Source of the DNA: an uncultured Bacteroidales bacterium | GTDB taxonomy: Bacteria > Bacteroidota > Bacteroidia > Bacteroidales > FEN-979 | Direction of reading: 5' to 3' | Assembly: GCA_903828645.1 (NCBI GenBank) | Contig: CAIKNA010000122.1 | Coordinates: 3,563 to 67,562, forward strand | Length of the DNA stretch: 64,000 nt | Shown: positions 45,301 through 54,181 of the stretch, piece by piece | Layout: every line of letters begins with the position of its first letter | Position numbering within the stretch: position 1 is the stretch's first letter | Program-made: the position numbers and the translations under genes | Notes under the pieces: generated by a model | Told to the model about the DNA's origin: nothing | Databases searched by the model: none | The model's input: only the letters and a program-made list of their open reading frames with translations

Positions 45301-46584
45301 TCAATGTTTGTGGTCGTGATCGTGGTCGTGATCGTGGTCATGGTCGTGATCGTGGTCGTGGTCGTGGTCGTGATCATGGTCGTGCTCATGGTCATGGTCG
45401 TGTCCGTGACTGGCAGCTGCGAGTTTAATATAGTCATCATAGGAAATTTCCTTTGGATGGAAGGTCATGGTGGATTTAAAGAAGTCCATCATTTTGGCAT
45501 TGTAAAGCTGGTCGTTGATGCGTTGCACCTGTTCCTTGTTTTGCATGAAGGTATCGACGATCGACTCATAGCGCTTCTGCATATCCGGATCCATATCCGG
45601 CATGTTGATTTGACGCAGGATGTATGTCCTGAAGTAATTCCGGATATCTTCATCCCTTACTTCAATCCCGTTTTCTTTGATCAGCTTGTTCTCGATGAGC
45701 TGCCATTTCATCGATTCGGCAAAAGAGGCATAGTTCTTTTCGATCTCTTCGGGGGTATATTTGCCCTCGTTGTTTTCAAGAAGCCACCTCTTCAGAAACT
45801 CGTCGGGCAAAGGAAGTTCGGTGTTCTTTACCAGTGCATCGGTGATGTTGTTGAACAGGAGCTTATCCGTTTCAGCGGCAAAACTCATAGCGGCATCTTT
45901 TCTCACCTGCTCACGAAAATCTTCTTCTGTCTGGAGGTCAAGCCCCGGGTAAACCATCTCAAAGAATGCAGGATTCATTTCTGCAGGTTCCATGGCAGGT
46001 TCAGCGGGTTCCGCAGGTAATTCTTCTGATTCAACAACAGCCTCTTCGGGTTTTGCCCCGGTATCTTCAGCCTGTCCATCCCCGGGAACAATTGCTGCAA
46101 CCGGTTCTATGATGGCAGGTTTGCCAAACCGTTTGCGGGTATCCTCGATGTATTTGTCCACCATCCCGTCGTCAACGGTGATGATATGATTTTCGATCTG
46201 CAGGTCCTGGTCAACCGGTATGGTAAATTCAGGGGCCAGGCCAAGATCAAAATAGAATTCGAACGACTCCTGGTTGTCAAAATCAATGGCTGAATTTTTT
46301 TCCAAACTTGGCAAAGGGTTGCCAAGGATGTCGATTTTTTCATCCCTGATATAAGTTACCAGGTTGTCGGAAATAAGTTTGTTGACTTCATCGGCCAGGA
46401 TTGCCTTGCCGTACATTTTTTTAATCAGGCCGGTGGGAATGTGACCGGGCCTGAAACCCGGAATGTTCGCTTTGCGTTTGTAATCCCCGATTTGTTTTTC
46501 AACAGCAGCCGCATAATCATCGGGGCCGATCTCGAATTTAAGCAGGGCAGTCAGTGTTCCGGTACTCTCTTTGGTAATCTTCAT
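45301..46584 (-). CDS. tig: trigger factor with C-terminal (His-Asp)n tail
   Basis: The true start is Met35 of the track ORF (MKITKESTGTLTALLKFEI); the longer ORF runs through tRNA-Leu. It sits upstream of clpP-clpX as in many bacteria. The C-terminus reads ..AAASHGHDHDHEHDHDHDHDHDHDHDHDHDHDHDHKH. Confidence 0.88.
   Translation of the reverse strand: MKITKESTGTLTALLKFEIGPDDYAAAVEKQIGDYKRKANIPGFRPGHIPTGLIKKMYGKAILADEVNKLISDNLVTYIRDEKIDILGNPLPSLEKNSAIDFDNQESFEFYFDLGLAPEFTIPVDQDLQIENHIITVDDGMVDKYIEDTRKRFGKPAIIEPVAAIVPGDGQAEDTGAKPEEAVVESEELPAEPAEPAMEPAEMNPAFFEMVYPGLDLQTEEDFREQVRKDAAMSFAAETDKLLFNNITDALVKNTELPLPDEFLKRWLLENNEGKYTPEEIEKNYASFAESMKWQLIENKLIKENGIEVRDEDIRNYFRTYILRQINMPDMDPDMQKRYESIVDTFMQNKEQVQRINDQLYNAKMMDFFKSTMTFHPKEISYDDYIKLAAASHGHDHDHEHDHDHDHDHDHDHDHDHDHDHDHDHKH
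45304..45405. repeat. hexanucleotide microsatellite (GTGRTC)n encoding the His-Asp tail
   Basis: Read directly: gtggtcgtgatcgtggtcgtgatcgtggtcatggtcgtgatc... over ~100 bp at the 3' end of tig. Confidence 0.9.
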
Positions 46585-46619
46585 GAAAATGTTCTTGAAT
46601 TGGTGTACAAAAATTTTTG

Positions 46620-46701
46620 TGCGGATGAAGGGACTCGAACCCCCACGCCCGAAGGCACAAGATCCTAAGTCTTGCGCGGCTACCAATTACGCCACACCCG
46701 C
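46620..46701 (-). tRNA. tRNA-Leu (anticodon UAG)
   Basis: Hand fold of GCGGGTG-TG-..-CAAGA CTTAGGA TCTTG-long variable arm-GGGGG TTCGAGT CCCTT-CATCCGC-A. The acceptor pairs fully (one G-U). No encoded CCA. Confidence 0.85.
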
Positions 46702-46753
46702 ATGGAGGATCCCCCTGAAAAAGGAGTGCAAAGTTACACTTTTTTTCGAATTG

Positions 46754-47254
46754 TTACTTCAGCGAAGCCAAAGCTGCTTCATAATCGGGCTCCTGAACGA
46801 TGTCGGGTACCTGTTCGCTGTAAATGACAAATCCCGTTTCATCAAGCACCACCACTGCGCGTGAAAAAAGCCCGGCCATGGGACCATCGATGATCAAAAC
46901 ACCATAATAATCGCCGAAATTGTGATTCCGGAGTTCCGAGGCGGGAACAACATTCGTCAGACCTTCGGCAACACAGAAGCGGGCATGTGCGAAAGGGAGA
47001 TCTTTTGAAACACATAAGACCACGGTATCGGGATGTTTTACCGCTTCGGCGTTGAATTTCCTTACTGAAGTCGCACAAACGCCGGTGTCAAGGCTTGGGA
47101 AAATGTTCAAAATGATTTTTTTACCTGGAAACCCAGACAACGAAATGTCAGAAAGATCTGTCTTTGTTAACAGGAAGTCGGGGGCCTTTGTCCCCACTTC
47201 AGGAAGTAAACCGATGGTATGAATTGGGTTTCCTTTTAATGCGATAGTTGCCAT
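46754..47254 (-). CDS. tpx: thiol peroxidase
   Basis: 166 aa. FPSLDTGVCATS (peroxidatic Cys) and SKDLPFAHARFC (resolving Cys). Confidence 0.9.
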   Translation of the reverse strand: MATIALKGNPIHTIGLLPEVGTKAPDFLLTKTDLSDISLSGFPGKKIILNIFPSLDTGVCATSVRKFNAEAVKHPDTVVLCVSKDLPFAHARFCVAEGLTNVVPASELRNHNFGDYYGVLIIDGPMAGLFSRAVVVLDETGFVIYSEQVPDIVQEPDYEAALASLK

Positions 47255-47389
47255 ACGTTAAGTTTTAAATTATGACTGCAAAATTAGCAAATTGTAATAT
47301 TACCGGACCCCTTTCGTTTAAAGATTATCTGAATTGCTGATCAGAAACCAGCCTGCTCGATTTCACTCGCTGAAATAAAGAATGATCTG

Positions 47390-48880
47390 ATGCGCCTCAA
47401 CCGTTTTATAGCCTTGGTCTTAATCCTTCTGTTAAAAAACATCTCAGTTTCAGGACAGGAGATGCTTGGAACGACATTAGGCAATTATGCCGGTATCAAC
47501 GGACTTCAATTGAACCCGAGTGCGCTTCATAATTCAAAAACCTATCTTGAAATTCAACTACTGGGGATGGATGTGTTCGTGCAGAACAACTATCTGTACA
47601 TGAAAAAGTCTGAATACCGTTTTACCAATTTGTTTAAATCAGGATACCAATGGCCAACCCATCCGGAAGATTATGGGACTGAAGTCCGTAATTTTTATCA
47701 TTATAGCAGCACGACGCATAAGAATGCTTTCGTTCAAACGCGTGTCAACGGGCCGGGAGCGATGCTGATCTGGGGACCGCATGCATTTGCATTGACGACT
47801 TCGGTCAGGACCGTGGTTTCTTTGGTTAATGTACCATATGACCTCGCAAATTTTATTTACCTGGGTATTAACTATAAACCCCAGCAAAATATCACTTACA
47901 ACGACCATGGCCCTATCAAGGCAACAGGGTTGTCGTGGGCTGAGATAGGTATCAGTTATAGCAACACATTTTATGCACGTGGTTTTAATATACTGTCGGG
48001 TGGAATCTCAGTGAAACGGCTCCTTGGAGTTGGCGGTATGTACATAAATACCAATCAGTTGAATTATAACATTCCAAATGATTCAACCGTGGATATCAAA
48101 AATATGACTGCAGAAATGGGTTTTTCCCTGCCGATCAATTACGATGCAAATACCCCGATGATCTCACCCTTGTTCAAAGGCGGTGGCTTTGGGGTGGATG
48201 CGGGTATAACCTATACAAGGCTCACACGGCCTCACCAGACCCAGTATTTCAATTCCCTGTGTGCTCAGCCATACGAAGATTACCTTTACAGGGTCGGGGT
48301 GGCCCTGATTGATGTCGGGGGCATTGATTTTTCAAACAATGCAGTCAAAATGAAGATTGATAACCGGCCTTCTTACTGGGAAAATGTAACGGGGATGAAA
48401 TTTGGAACGATCAACCAGTTTCTGGATACAATCAGCTACAAATTTTATGGCAACACGACTTCTGCGTATGCGGGAAATCATTTTACGTTGTGGCTTCCCT
48501 CCGCGTTGAGCGCCCAGTTTGACTACCATTTCCGTGAGTACTGGTACGTCAATGCCAGCCTGATACTGGGGTTTCCAATTTCCAAAGCTGCGATATCCAG
48601 GCCGGCAGAAGTTTCGATTGCACCGCGTTATGAAACCAGGGCATTTGAAGCAAGCATGCCCATCTCCTTTTATAACTGGCAACTGGCCAGGATGGGCCTG
48701 GCCATCAGGTACTACTGGCTGACGGTTGGAACCGACAAGCTCGGGGGCTTCTTCCATTTCTCTGATTTGACAGGATTTGATTTTTACTTTTCCCTCAAGC
48801 TGTTTTTCAACAAAGGAAATTGTCACGAGAAAGGGCCTGTCCACTGCGGCAGCACAGAACCGAAAAAAATCAGGTATTAA
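47390..48880 (+). CDS. predicted outer-membrane beta-barrel protein (DUF5723 / PorP-SprF-like N-terminus)
   Basis: 496 aa. Signal peptide, LGNYAGINGLQLNPSAL, alternating strands, aromatic C-terminal region. Confidence 0.45.
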   Translation: MRLNRFIALVLILLLKNISVSGQEMLGTTLGNYAGINGLQLNPSALHNSKTYLEIQLLGMDVFVQNNYLYMKKSEYRFTNLFKSGYQWPTHPEDYGTEVRNFYHYSSTTHKNAFVQTRVNGPGAMLIWGPHAFALTTSVRTVVSLVNVPYDLANFIYLGINYKPQQNITYNDHGPIKATGLSWAEIGISYSNTFYARGFNILSGGISVKRLLGVGGMYINTNQLNYNIPNDSTVDIKNMTAEMGFSLPINYDANTPMISPLFKGGGFGVDAGITYTRLTRPHQTQYFNSLCAQPYEDYLYRVGVALIDVGGIDFSNNAVKMKIDNRPSYWENVTGMKFGTINQFLDTISYKFYGNTTSAYAGNHFTLWLPSALSAQFDYHFREYWYVNASLILGFPISKAAISRPAEVSIAPRYETRAFEASMPISFYNWQLARMGLAIRYYWLTVGTDKLGGFFHFSDLTGFDFYFSLKLFFNKGNCHEKGPVHCGSTEPKKIRY

Positions 48881-49986
48881 ACTCCCGTCATGCGAACGTC
48901 AAGGGCGTCACGCAGAGCGTTTCCCATCAGCATGAAAGCAAGTACCATCATCATGATCGCGATGCCGGGCAGGATAGCAAGGTAGGCGTAGTCGAGTACG
49001 ATGTACCCGTAATTTTCCTTGATCATGGATCCCCAGGAAGGCACAGGCGGCTGCACTCCAAGACCAAGGAAACTCAACCCGGCTTCCATCAGGATGGCTG
49101 AGGCAAAATTGGCGGCGGATATCACAATTACCGCGGCCATCACATTGGGAAGGATGTGGTGGAAAATGATCCTGAAGTCGGAAAACCCCAGTGCTCTTGC
49201 CGCTTCGACATACTCTTTTTCACGGATGCCCAGAATCTGTCCCCGAACCACGCGGGCAACTTCAACCCACATGGTCAGCCCCACCGCGATGAATACCTGC
49301 CAGAAGCCTTTTCCAAGTGCAAACGTGATCGCAATGACCAGCAACAGCGTTGGGATGGACCATACCACGTTGATCAGCCACATGATCAGGTTGTCGATCC
49401 AACCGCGGTAATATCCGCCGATGGCCCCGGCAAAGATTCCGATGACCAGCGAGATGATCACGGAAATGAGCCCGACTGAGAGGCTGACGCGGGTGCCGAT
49501 CATAAGCTCACTGAGATAATCGCGTCCGAAACGATCACTTCCAACCCAGAAAGTTTTTTTTACCGGTGGTTCCACTGCGTTCAACGGCAATATTTTCACC
49601 AGGGAGGCCTCCCCGGGGAGGGCTCCGAATTCGAGGTACAAGATATGGTTACCCCTGAAGGAATACGAGCGGATGGGTATGAGCTGCGCATTTCCCCTTT
49701 TACCGGAGATCATTGTCCTGACAATTGAATGGCTCTGCGCGGGAATATGGCTTTTTACCGGCAGCATGGTCACCGAAAAACCTGGTTTTTTCAGTCCCAG
49801 CTCCAGGTACTGGTCGTTGGCATAGGGTGTTGAATCGGGAGTGATCAGGTACCCAAGGCAGGCTATGCATGCCGCAATCAAGATAAACACAAGCGATCCA
49901 AAGCCAAGACGGTTATTTTTGAACCTTTTCCATGCCAGGGAACTGAGTGAACCTGAAGGGACGGCGATGCGCTTTTTAAAAATCAC
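48877..49986 (-). CDS. ABC transporter permease (OppC/DppC-type)
   Basis: 369 aa with the EAA loop VEAARALGFSDFRIIFHHILPN and six TM helices. Its 3' end overlaps the convergent gene by 4 nt. Confidence 0.85.
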   Translation of the reverse strand: MIFKKRIAVPSGSLSSLAWKRFKNNRLGFGSLVFILIAACIACLGYLITPDSTPYANDQYLELGLKKPGFSVTMLPVKSHIPAQSHSIVRTMISGKRGNAQLIPIRSYSFRGNHILYLEFGALPGEASLVKILPLNAVEPPVKKTFWVGSDRFGRDYLSELMIGTRVSLSVGLISVIISLVIGIFAGAIGGYYRGWIDNLIMWLINVVWSIPTLLLVIAITFALGKGFWQVFIAVGLTMWVEVARVVRGQILGIREKEYVEAARALGFSDFRIIFHHILPNVMAAVIVISAANFASAILMEAGLSFLGLGVQPPVPSWGSMIKENYGYIVLDYAYLAILPGIAIMMMVLAFMLMGNALRDALDVRMTGV

Positions 49987-50006
49987 CTGAAGAATGCGAA
50001 TTGTGG

Positions 50007-50036
50007 TTTGTCAGATATATTTTTTTTGTACTTTTG
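50007..50036 (+). promoter_or_regulatory. Bacteroidota-type promoter for tRNA-His (TTTG-18 nt-TACTTTTG)
   Basis: TTTG at 50007-50010 and TAnnTTTG (TACTTTTG) at 50029-50036, 13 nt before the tRNA 5' end. Confidence 0.55.
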
Positions 50037-50049
50037 CAAAATCAAACAT

Positions 50050-50124
50050 GGTGGTCGTAGCTCAGTTGGTTAGAGCGATAGATTGTGGATCTATAGGTCG
50101 TGGGTTCAAGCCCCATCTTCCACC
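50050..50124 (+). tRNA. tRNA-His (anticodon GUG) with encoded G-1
   Basis: G-1 plus GTGGTCG-TA-GCTC AGTTGGTTA GAGC-G-ATAGA TTGTGGA TCTAT-AGGTC-GTGGG TTCAAGC CCCAT-CTTCCAC-C73. G-1:C73 fits His identity. Acceptor pairs 5:68 (U-U) and 6:67 (C-U) are mismatched. Confidence 0.75.
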
Positions 50125-50126
50125 CT

Positions 50127-50158
50127 GAAAAAAGGCTGCCATAGGCAGCCTTTTTTTA
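50127..50158. terminator. bidirectional intrinsic terminator
   Basis: aaaaaAGGCTGCCataGGCAGCCTttttttt. It serves tRNA-His (+) and the convergent thioredoxin-like gene (-). Confidence 0.85.
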
Positions 50159-50722
50159 TTTGATGGTTCCCTTGAAGGTTGCCCGGTACTCTTCCCACGT
50201 TGATTTCAAATAGGCATCTTCACCGAAGTAGTTGATAACCCCCTCAAAATCCTGTGCTTTCTGGTAACCGGCAACCACCGTGAGTTCCTGTCCTTTTTCA
50301 TTCAGGAAAACATAGGAAGGATATGACATCTGGCCCCGGAGCAGTTCACTGGCGAGTTTATGGGTGCTTCTCTTGCTCGTCGGGTTCGGGTTCACGAATG
50401 TCTGGCCGTCCAGTACAATCGTGTCCTTGCGTTCCGCATCAAACTTGACGCAATAAAAATGTTTGCTCATGTATTTTGCGATGGTCGGGTCGGTAAAGGT
50501 CTCCGCATCCATCTTTTTGCACCAGCCGCACCATTCGGTAAAGACATCGATGAATATTTTCTTCGGTTTCTTTTTATTCATCTGGTAGGCCTCCTCAAAA
50601 GAGTACCACTTGATGATTCCTCCGTTTCCGGGAGGCGGTTGCTTTTCCTGGGCGGATAAGGAGCAGGGAAAATATAGTGCGAAAGTGATTATCGTCAAAA
50701 AAATCAGTTTATGTTTTTTCAT
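50156..50722 (-). CDS. thioredoxin-fold protein (secreted)
   Basis: 188 aa with a signal peptide and the active-site-like WCGWCKKM motif. Confidence 0.8.
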   Translation of the reverse strand: MKKHKLIFLTIITFALYFPCSLSAQEKQPPPGNGGIIKWYSFEEAYQMNKKKPKKIFIDVFTEWCGWCKKMDAETFTDPTIAKYMSKHFYCVKFDAERKDTIVLDGQTFVNPNPTSKRSTHKLASELLRGQMSYPSYVFLNEKGQELTVVAGYQKAQDFEGVINYFGEDAYLKSTWEEYRATFKGTIK

Positions 50723-50762
50723 AAATAAAATTAAAATGTAAAATTAAATTCAACTGTCATTT

Positions 50763-50811
50763 GTCAATCGTCAATCGTCAATCGTAAATCGTCAATCGTA
50801 AATCGTAAATC
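50763..50811. repeat. perfectly phased heptanucleotide tandem repeat, 7 copies (GTCAATC/GTAAATC)
   Basis: gtcaatc gtcaatc gtcaatc gtaaatc gtcaatc gtaaatc gtaaatc. It starts right after the smpB stop (50812) and lies 41 nt upstream of the thioredoxin-like start. Confidence 0.95.
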
Positions 50812-51252
50812 CTAATGCCTCTCCATCTCCCGCTGATGATCCTTTTGCTTCAGCGTTTCCCGCTTGTCGTATGCATGCTTGCCCCGGGCAAGGGCGATGG
50901 TAAGTTTAGCAAGCCCGTTTGGGTTGATAAACAGGAGAACCGGGATGATGGTAAAACCCCGCTCCTTGACTTTTACAGAAAATTTTTTCAGCTCACGTTT
51001 CGTCAGCAGGAGTTTTCGGTCGCGTTTTGGTTCATGATTGTAATGCGTTCCAAAGGAATATTCGGCAATGTGCATGTTTCGTACAAAAAGTTCGCTTCCG
51101 GTGAAAGTGCAGTAAGCATCCGCAATGGATGCCGTACCATCGCGGATGGATTTGATCTCCGTGCCTGTAAGCTGGATGCCGGCAGTAACCTCCTGGATCA
51201 GGAAATACTCGTGTGAAGCCCGTTTATTGCGTATGTTGACTGATTTCTCCAT
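50812..51252 (-). CDS. smpB: SsrA-binding protein
   Basis: 146 aa. [17 protein letters not shown], and the basic C-terminal tail [17 protein letters not shown]. Confidence 0.93.
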   Translation of the reverse strand: MEKSVNIRNKRASHEYFLIQEVTAGIQLTGTEIKSIRDGTASIADAYCTFTGSELFVRNMHIAEYSFGTHYNHEPKRDRKLLLTKRELKKFSVKVKERGFTIIPVLLFINPNGLAKLTIALARGKHAYDKRETLKQKDHQREMERH

Positions 51253-54075
51253 CTATTTCTTTTCGGGCATCAGCACGACACGTATATAGTGCTCCGGTTT
51301 CAGGTAGGTTGATGCGGCTAGTTTCAGGTCTGTAATGGTTACAGCATTCACGCGGTCTTTAAAGGTGGAAATGTTGTTCCTGGCATCATTGTTGAAATAA
51401 AGGGATTCGATTTTCCTCAGCCAGAACTCGTTCTTTTCAAGATCTGTTTCCCTTGCACGGATCAGCGCTTCCTTGGCCTTGTTCAGATCCACTTCCGTCG
51501 GGCCATTCTTCCTGATCTTCTTTATTTCGCCAAAAACAGCTTTAGTGAGTTTTTCGGCGGCTTTGGGCGAACAGCCAAACATAACCATCGTCTGAACGGT
51601 TGGAACGGGGTATTGGTCGAGGTTCACCATGACCTGGGGAGAGTAAACCCCGCTCATCTTTTCCCGTATCACCTCGATCAGCTTAATGCTGATAACCTCC
51701 TTGATCATGTTCATATCAAGAACATTCTTTTCATTCCAAATGAATTTCTCAGGCATCACCAGCCCGACCATACCCTGCGGATCGGTTCCCTTGTAAACGG
51801 TGAGGTTCGTTATGCCTTCAGCAGCTTTGGGAGAAGTGTCTTTCCAGGTCTCATTGTGTTTCAGTGCCGGAAGACTTCCGAAATATTGTTCAATAAATGG
51901 TGAAATTGAATCAATCGAGAAGTTCCCGACGAGGAAAAATTTGAAATCACTGGCATCGGCAAAACGCTCCCTGTAAATTTTATAGGCCTGGTCGAGGTTT
52001 ACTTCGCTCAGTTGCGCCGGTGTCGGGAAAATGATCATGCGCTTGTAGCCCGGAAAGACAACTTTAAACAGGGTATCATAGAAAGTCATGATTGGACTGC
52101 TCTTCATGAATTTCATCTGGTTCTCCATCTGCGACATGAAAGCTTTGAATGCAGTGGTATCCTTTCTCGGCTGGTCAAAATAGAGATAAACGAGCTGCAT
52201 CATGGTTTCAAAATCCTTTGGGGTTGAATTTCCCGTGAAACCCTCCTTCACATCATCAATGTAAGGATTAAGCCGGATGTTCTTGCCTTTCAGTTTCTTT
52301 TCAAGTTCAACATTGTTAAAATTGCCGGCTCCGCTCATGTCGATAATCTGCGTGGCATAGTTTGCCGAAAGGAAATCCTTGTCTGGGACGAGAGAATTTC
52401 CCCCGGGACTATATGCAGAGATCAGGATTTCATCGTTTTTGAAGGTGGTAGGTTTCAGTGCGACCACGACCCCGTTGGATAAGGTAAGTTCGGTTATGCC
52501 AAGCTCCTTGTCATCCTTGCGGCCGGTTATTTTGCCCGGTATCAGTTTACCCTGTACGAGGGGTTCCTCCCTGAAATTATCTACATAAGCAGTTAAGGCT
52601 TTCGTTTTCGAATCACGGATGATTGAAAGGATCTCATCCTGGGTAGGCACCTTCACGCCGGCTTTTTCAGGAGCCATGACCACGAGGCCAAGGTTTTTGT
52701 CGGTGACCCATTGTTTTGCAAGGTCGTTGATATCAGACAGTTTGATTCCGGGAAGAAGGTTCTTGAGGTACTTGAATTGTTTCTGTGCCCCCGGGATTGC
52801 ATCCTGAGACAGGTAATTGCTCACATATTCGGAACAGAACCTGTTTGACTCGGTTTTGTCAAATTCTTTGGCGCTCTTTTCATATTGACTTAAGAGTTCC
52901 TGGATCTGCCGGTCAAGTTCTGTCTGTGTAAATCCGAATCGTTTCACGCGTTCATTTTCGGCCAGTAAAACTTCAAGACTTTTATCAATCTGGCTCTCCT
53001 TGGTCATGGCGTTGATCATGAAGGCATCCTTGTTCCTTGAGAGGAACCGGCCATAATCTGCTCCGGCAAAAACATAAGGTGATTCGGGTTTCTGCGAAAT
53101 TTCGTTGAAGCGGTTGTTAAGCATCCCGGTATAGAGTTCTGCCATGATCTTATCGCGGAAATCACCCAGGGTCTTATCGGGGCTGAGCGGATGTTTGTAG
53201 AACACAAGAACGAAATTATCGGTAGCTTCCTTATCGGTGGTGATGGCAATGAGGGGCTCAGTGTTGTCAGGGATGTCAAAGGTTGTTCGTTCCCTGGGAT
53301 TTGCAGGATTCGGTATGTTCCCGAAATGTGCTTTGATCTGCGCTTCGGCTTTTGCCGGGTCGATGTCCCCGACCAGCACAACTGCCTGCAGATTGGGGCG
53401 GTACCAGTCGCGGTAGAAATCTTTTAACGTCTGGTGTTTGAAGTTTTCGATCACATCAATTTTTCCAATCGGGATGCGATCGGCATATTTAGACCCTTTG
53501 AAGATCACAGGGAAAAATTTCTTCATCATCCGGTCCCGGGCCCCCAAACCAAGCCGCCATTCTTCGGTGATGACGCCACGCTCTTTATCAATCTCTTTGT
53601 CATCCAGAACCGCATTGTGCGCCCAATCCTCCAGCACGGTATAGCCTTTTCCTATAAGGGTCGAGTCATCCGTAGGGAGCTGCAGCATATATACAGTCTC
53701 ATCAAAACTCGTGTAGGCGTTTATGTCGGCGCCAAACTTCACCCCCGTTTTCTGCAGGAAATCAATCAGTTCATTCTTTGGAAAAGTCTTTGTTCCATTG
53801 AAGTTCATATGTTCCATAAAGTGGGCAAGCCCTTGCTGGTCATCATTCTCGAGAATTGAACCGGCATTCACCACAAGTCTCAGTTCAACCCGTTTTTCCG
53901 GTTTTTTATTTTGCCGGATGTAATAGACAAGTCCATTGTCGAGTTTTCCAATTTTCACATTTGGATCAACCGAGAGGGGTGTCGTCAGATCCACGACCGA
54001 TTGCTGGCTGAATACCGAGAAAGCAATGAGGATTAACCCTGTCATTGCCAGTGATTTAATAATTGTAGTTTTCAT
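51253..54075 (-). CDS. M16-family (insulinase/pitrilysin-like) zinc peptidase, tandem-domain
   Basis: The likely start is Met32 (MKTTIIKSLAMTGLILIAFSVFS signal peptide). It has the inverted zinc motif GLAHFMEHMNFNGT (HxxEH). Confidence 0.88.
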   Translation of the reverse strand: MKTTIIKSLAMTGLILIAFSVFSQQSVVDLTTPLSVDPNVKIGKLDNGLVYYIRQNKKPEKRVELRLVVNAGSILENDDQQGLAHFMEHMNFNGTKTFPKNELIDFLQKTGVKFGADINAYTSFDETVYMLQLPTDDSTLIGKGYTVLEDWAHNAVLDDKEIDKERGVITEEWRLGLGARDRMMKKFFPVIFKGSKYADRIPIGKIDVIENFKHQTLKDFYRDWYRPNLQAVVLVGDIDPAKAEAQIKAHFGNIPNPANPRERTTFDIPDNTEPLIAITTDKEATDNFVLVFYKHPLSPDKTLGDFRDKIMAELYTGMLNNRFNEISQKPESPYVFAGADYGRFLSRNKDAFMINAMTKESQIDKSLEVLLAENERVKRFGFTQTELDRQIQELLSQYEKSAKEFDKTESNRFCSEYVSNYLSQDAIPGAQKQFKYLKNLLPGIKLSDINDLAKQWVTDKNLGLVVMAPEKAGVKVPTQDEILSIIRDSKTKALTAYVDNFREEPLVQGKLIPGKITGRKDDKELGITELTLSNGVVVALKPTTFKNDEILISAYSPGGNSLVPDKDFLSANYATQIIDMSGAGNFNNVELEKKLKGKNIRLNPYIDDVKEGFTGNSTPKDFETMMQLVYLYFDQPRKDTTAFKAFMSQMENQMKFMKSSPIMTFYDTLFKVVFPGYKRMIIFPTPAQLSEVNLDQAYKIYRERFADASDFKFFLVGNFSIDSISPFIEQYFGSLPALKHNETWKDTSPKAAEGITNLTVYKGTDPQGMVGLVMPEKFIWNEKNVLDMNMIKEVISIKLIEVIREKMSGVYSPQVMVNLDQYPVPTVQTMVMFGCSPKAAEKLTKAVFGEIKKIRKNGPTEVDLNKAKEALIRARETDLEKNEFWLRKIESLYFNNDARNNISTFKDRVNAVTITDLKLAASTYLKPEHYIRVVLMPEKK

Positions 54076-54181
54076 AGGATTGATTTTTAGCAAAGATCCA
54101 TTGGAATACAATGCAATTTTAATAAATTTTTGCCTAATACCCAAAATTAATATATCACGCAGACTCACGAAGAAGGCATCT

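Noticed and set aside
45222-46020. Track ORFs 45289-46020(+) (MLKLSMFVVVIVVVIVV...) and 45222-45440(-) (TTTTITT...) with striking low-complexity repeats
   Set aside because: These are alternative-frame or antisense readings of the (GTGRTC)n microsatellite that encodes the His-Asp tail of trigger factor. The tig frame continues into a full-length, syntenic (tig-clpP-clpX) protein.
46585-46686. N-terminal 34-codon extension of the tig ORF, and ORF 46571-46864(+)
   Set aside because: Both run through the tRNA-Leu gene (46620-46701). The internal Met at 46584 gives a canonical trigger-factor N-terminus.
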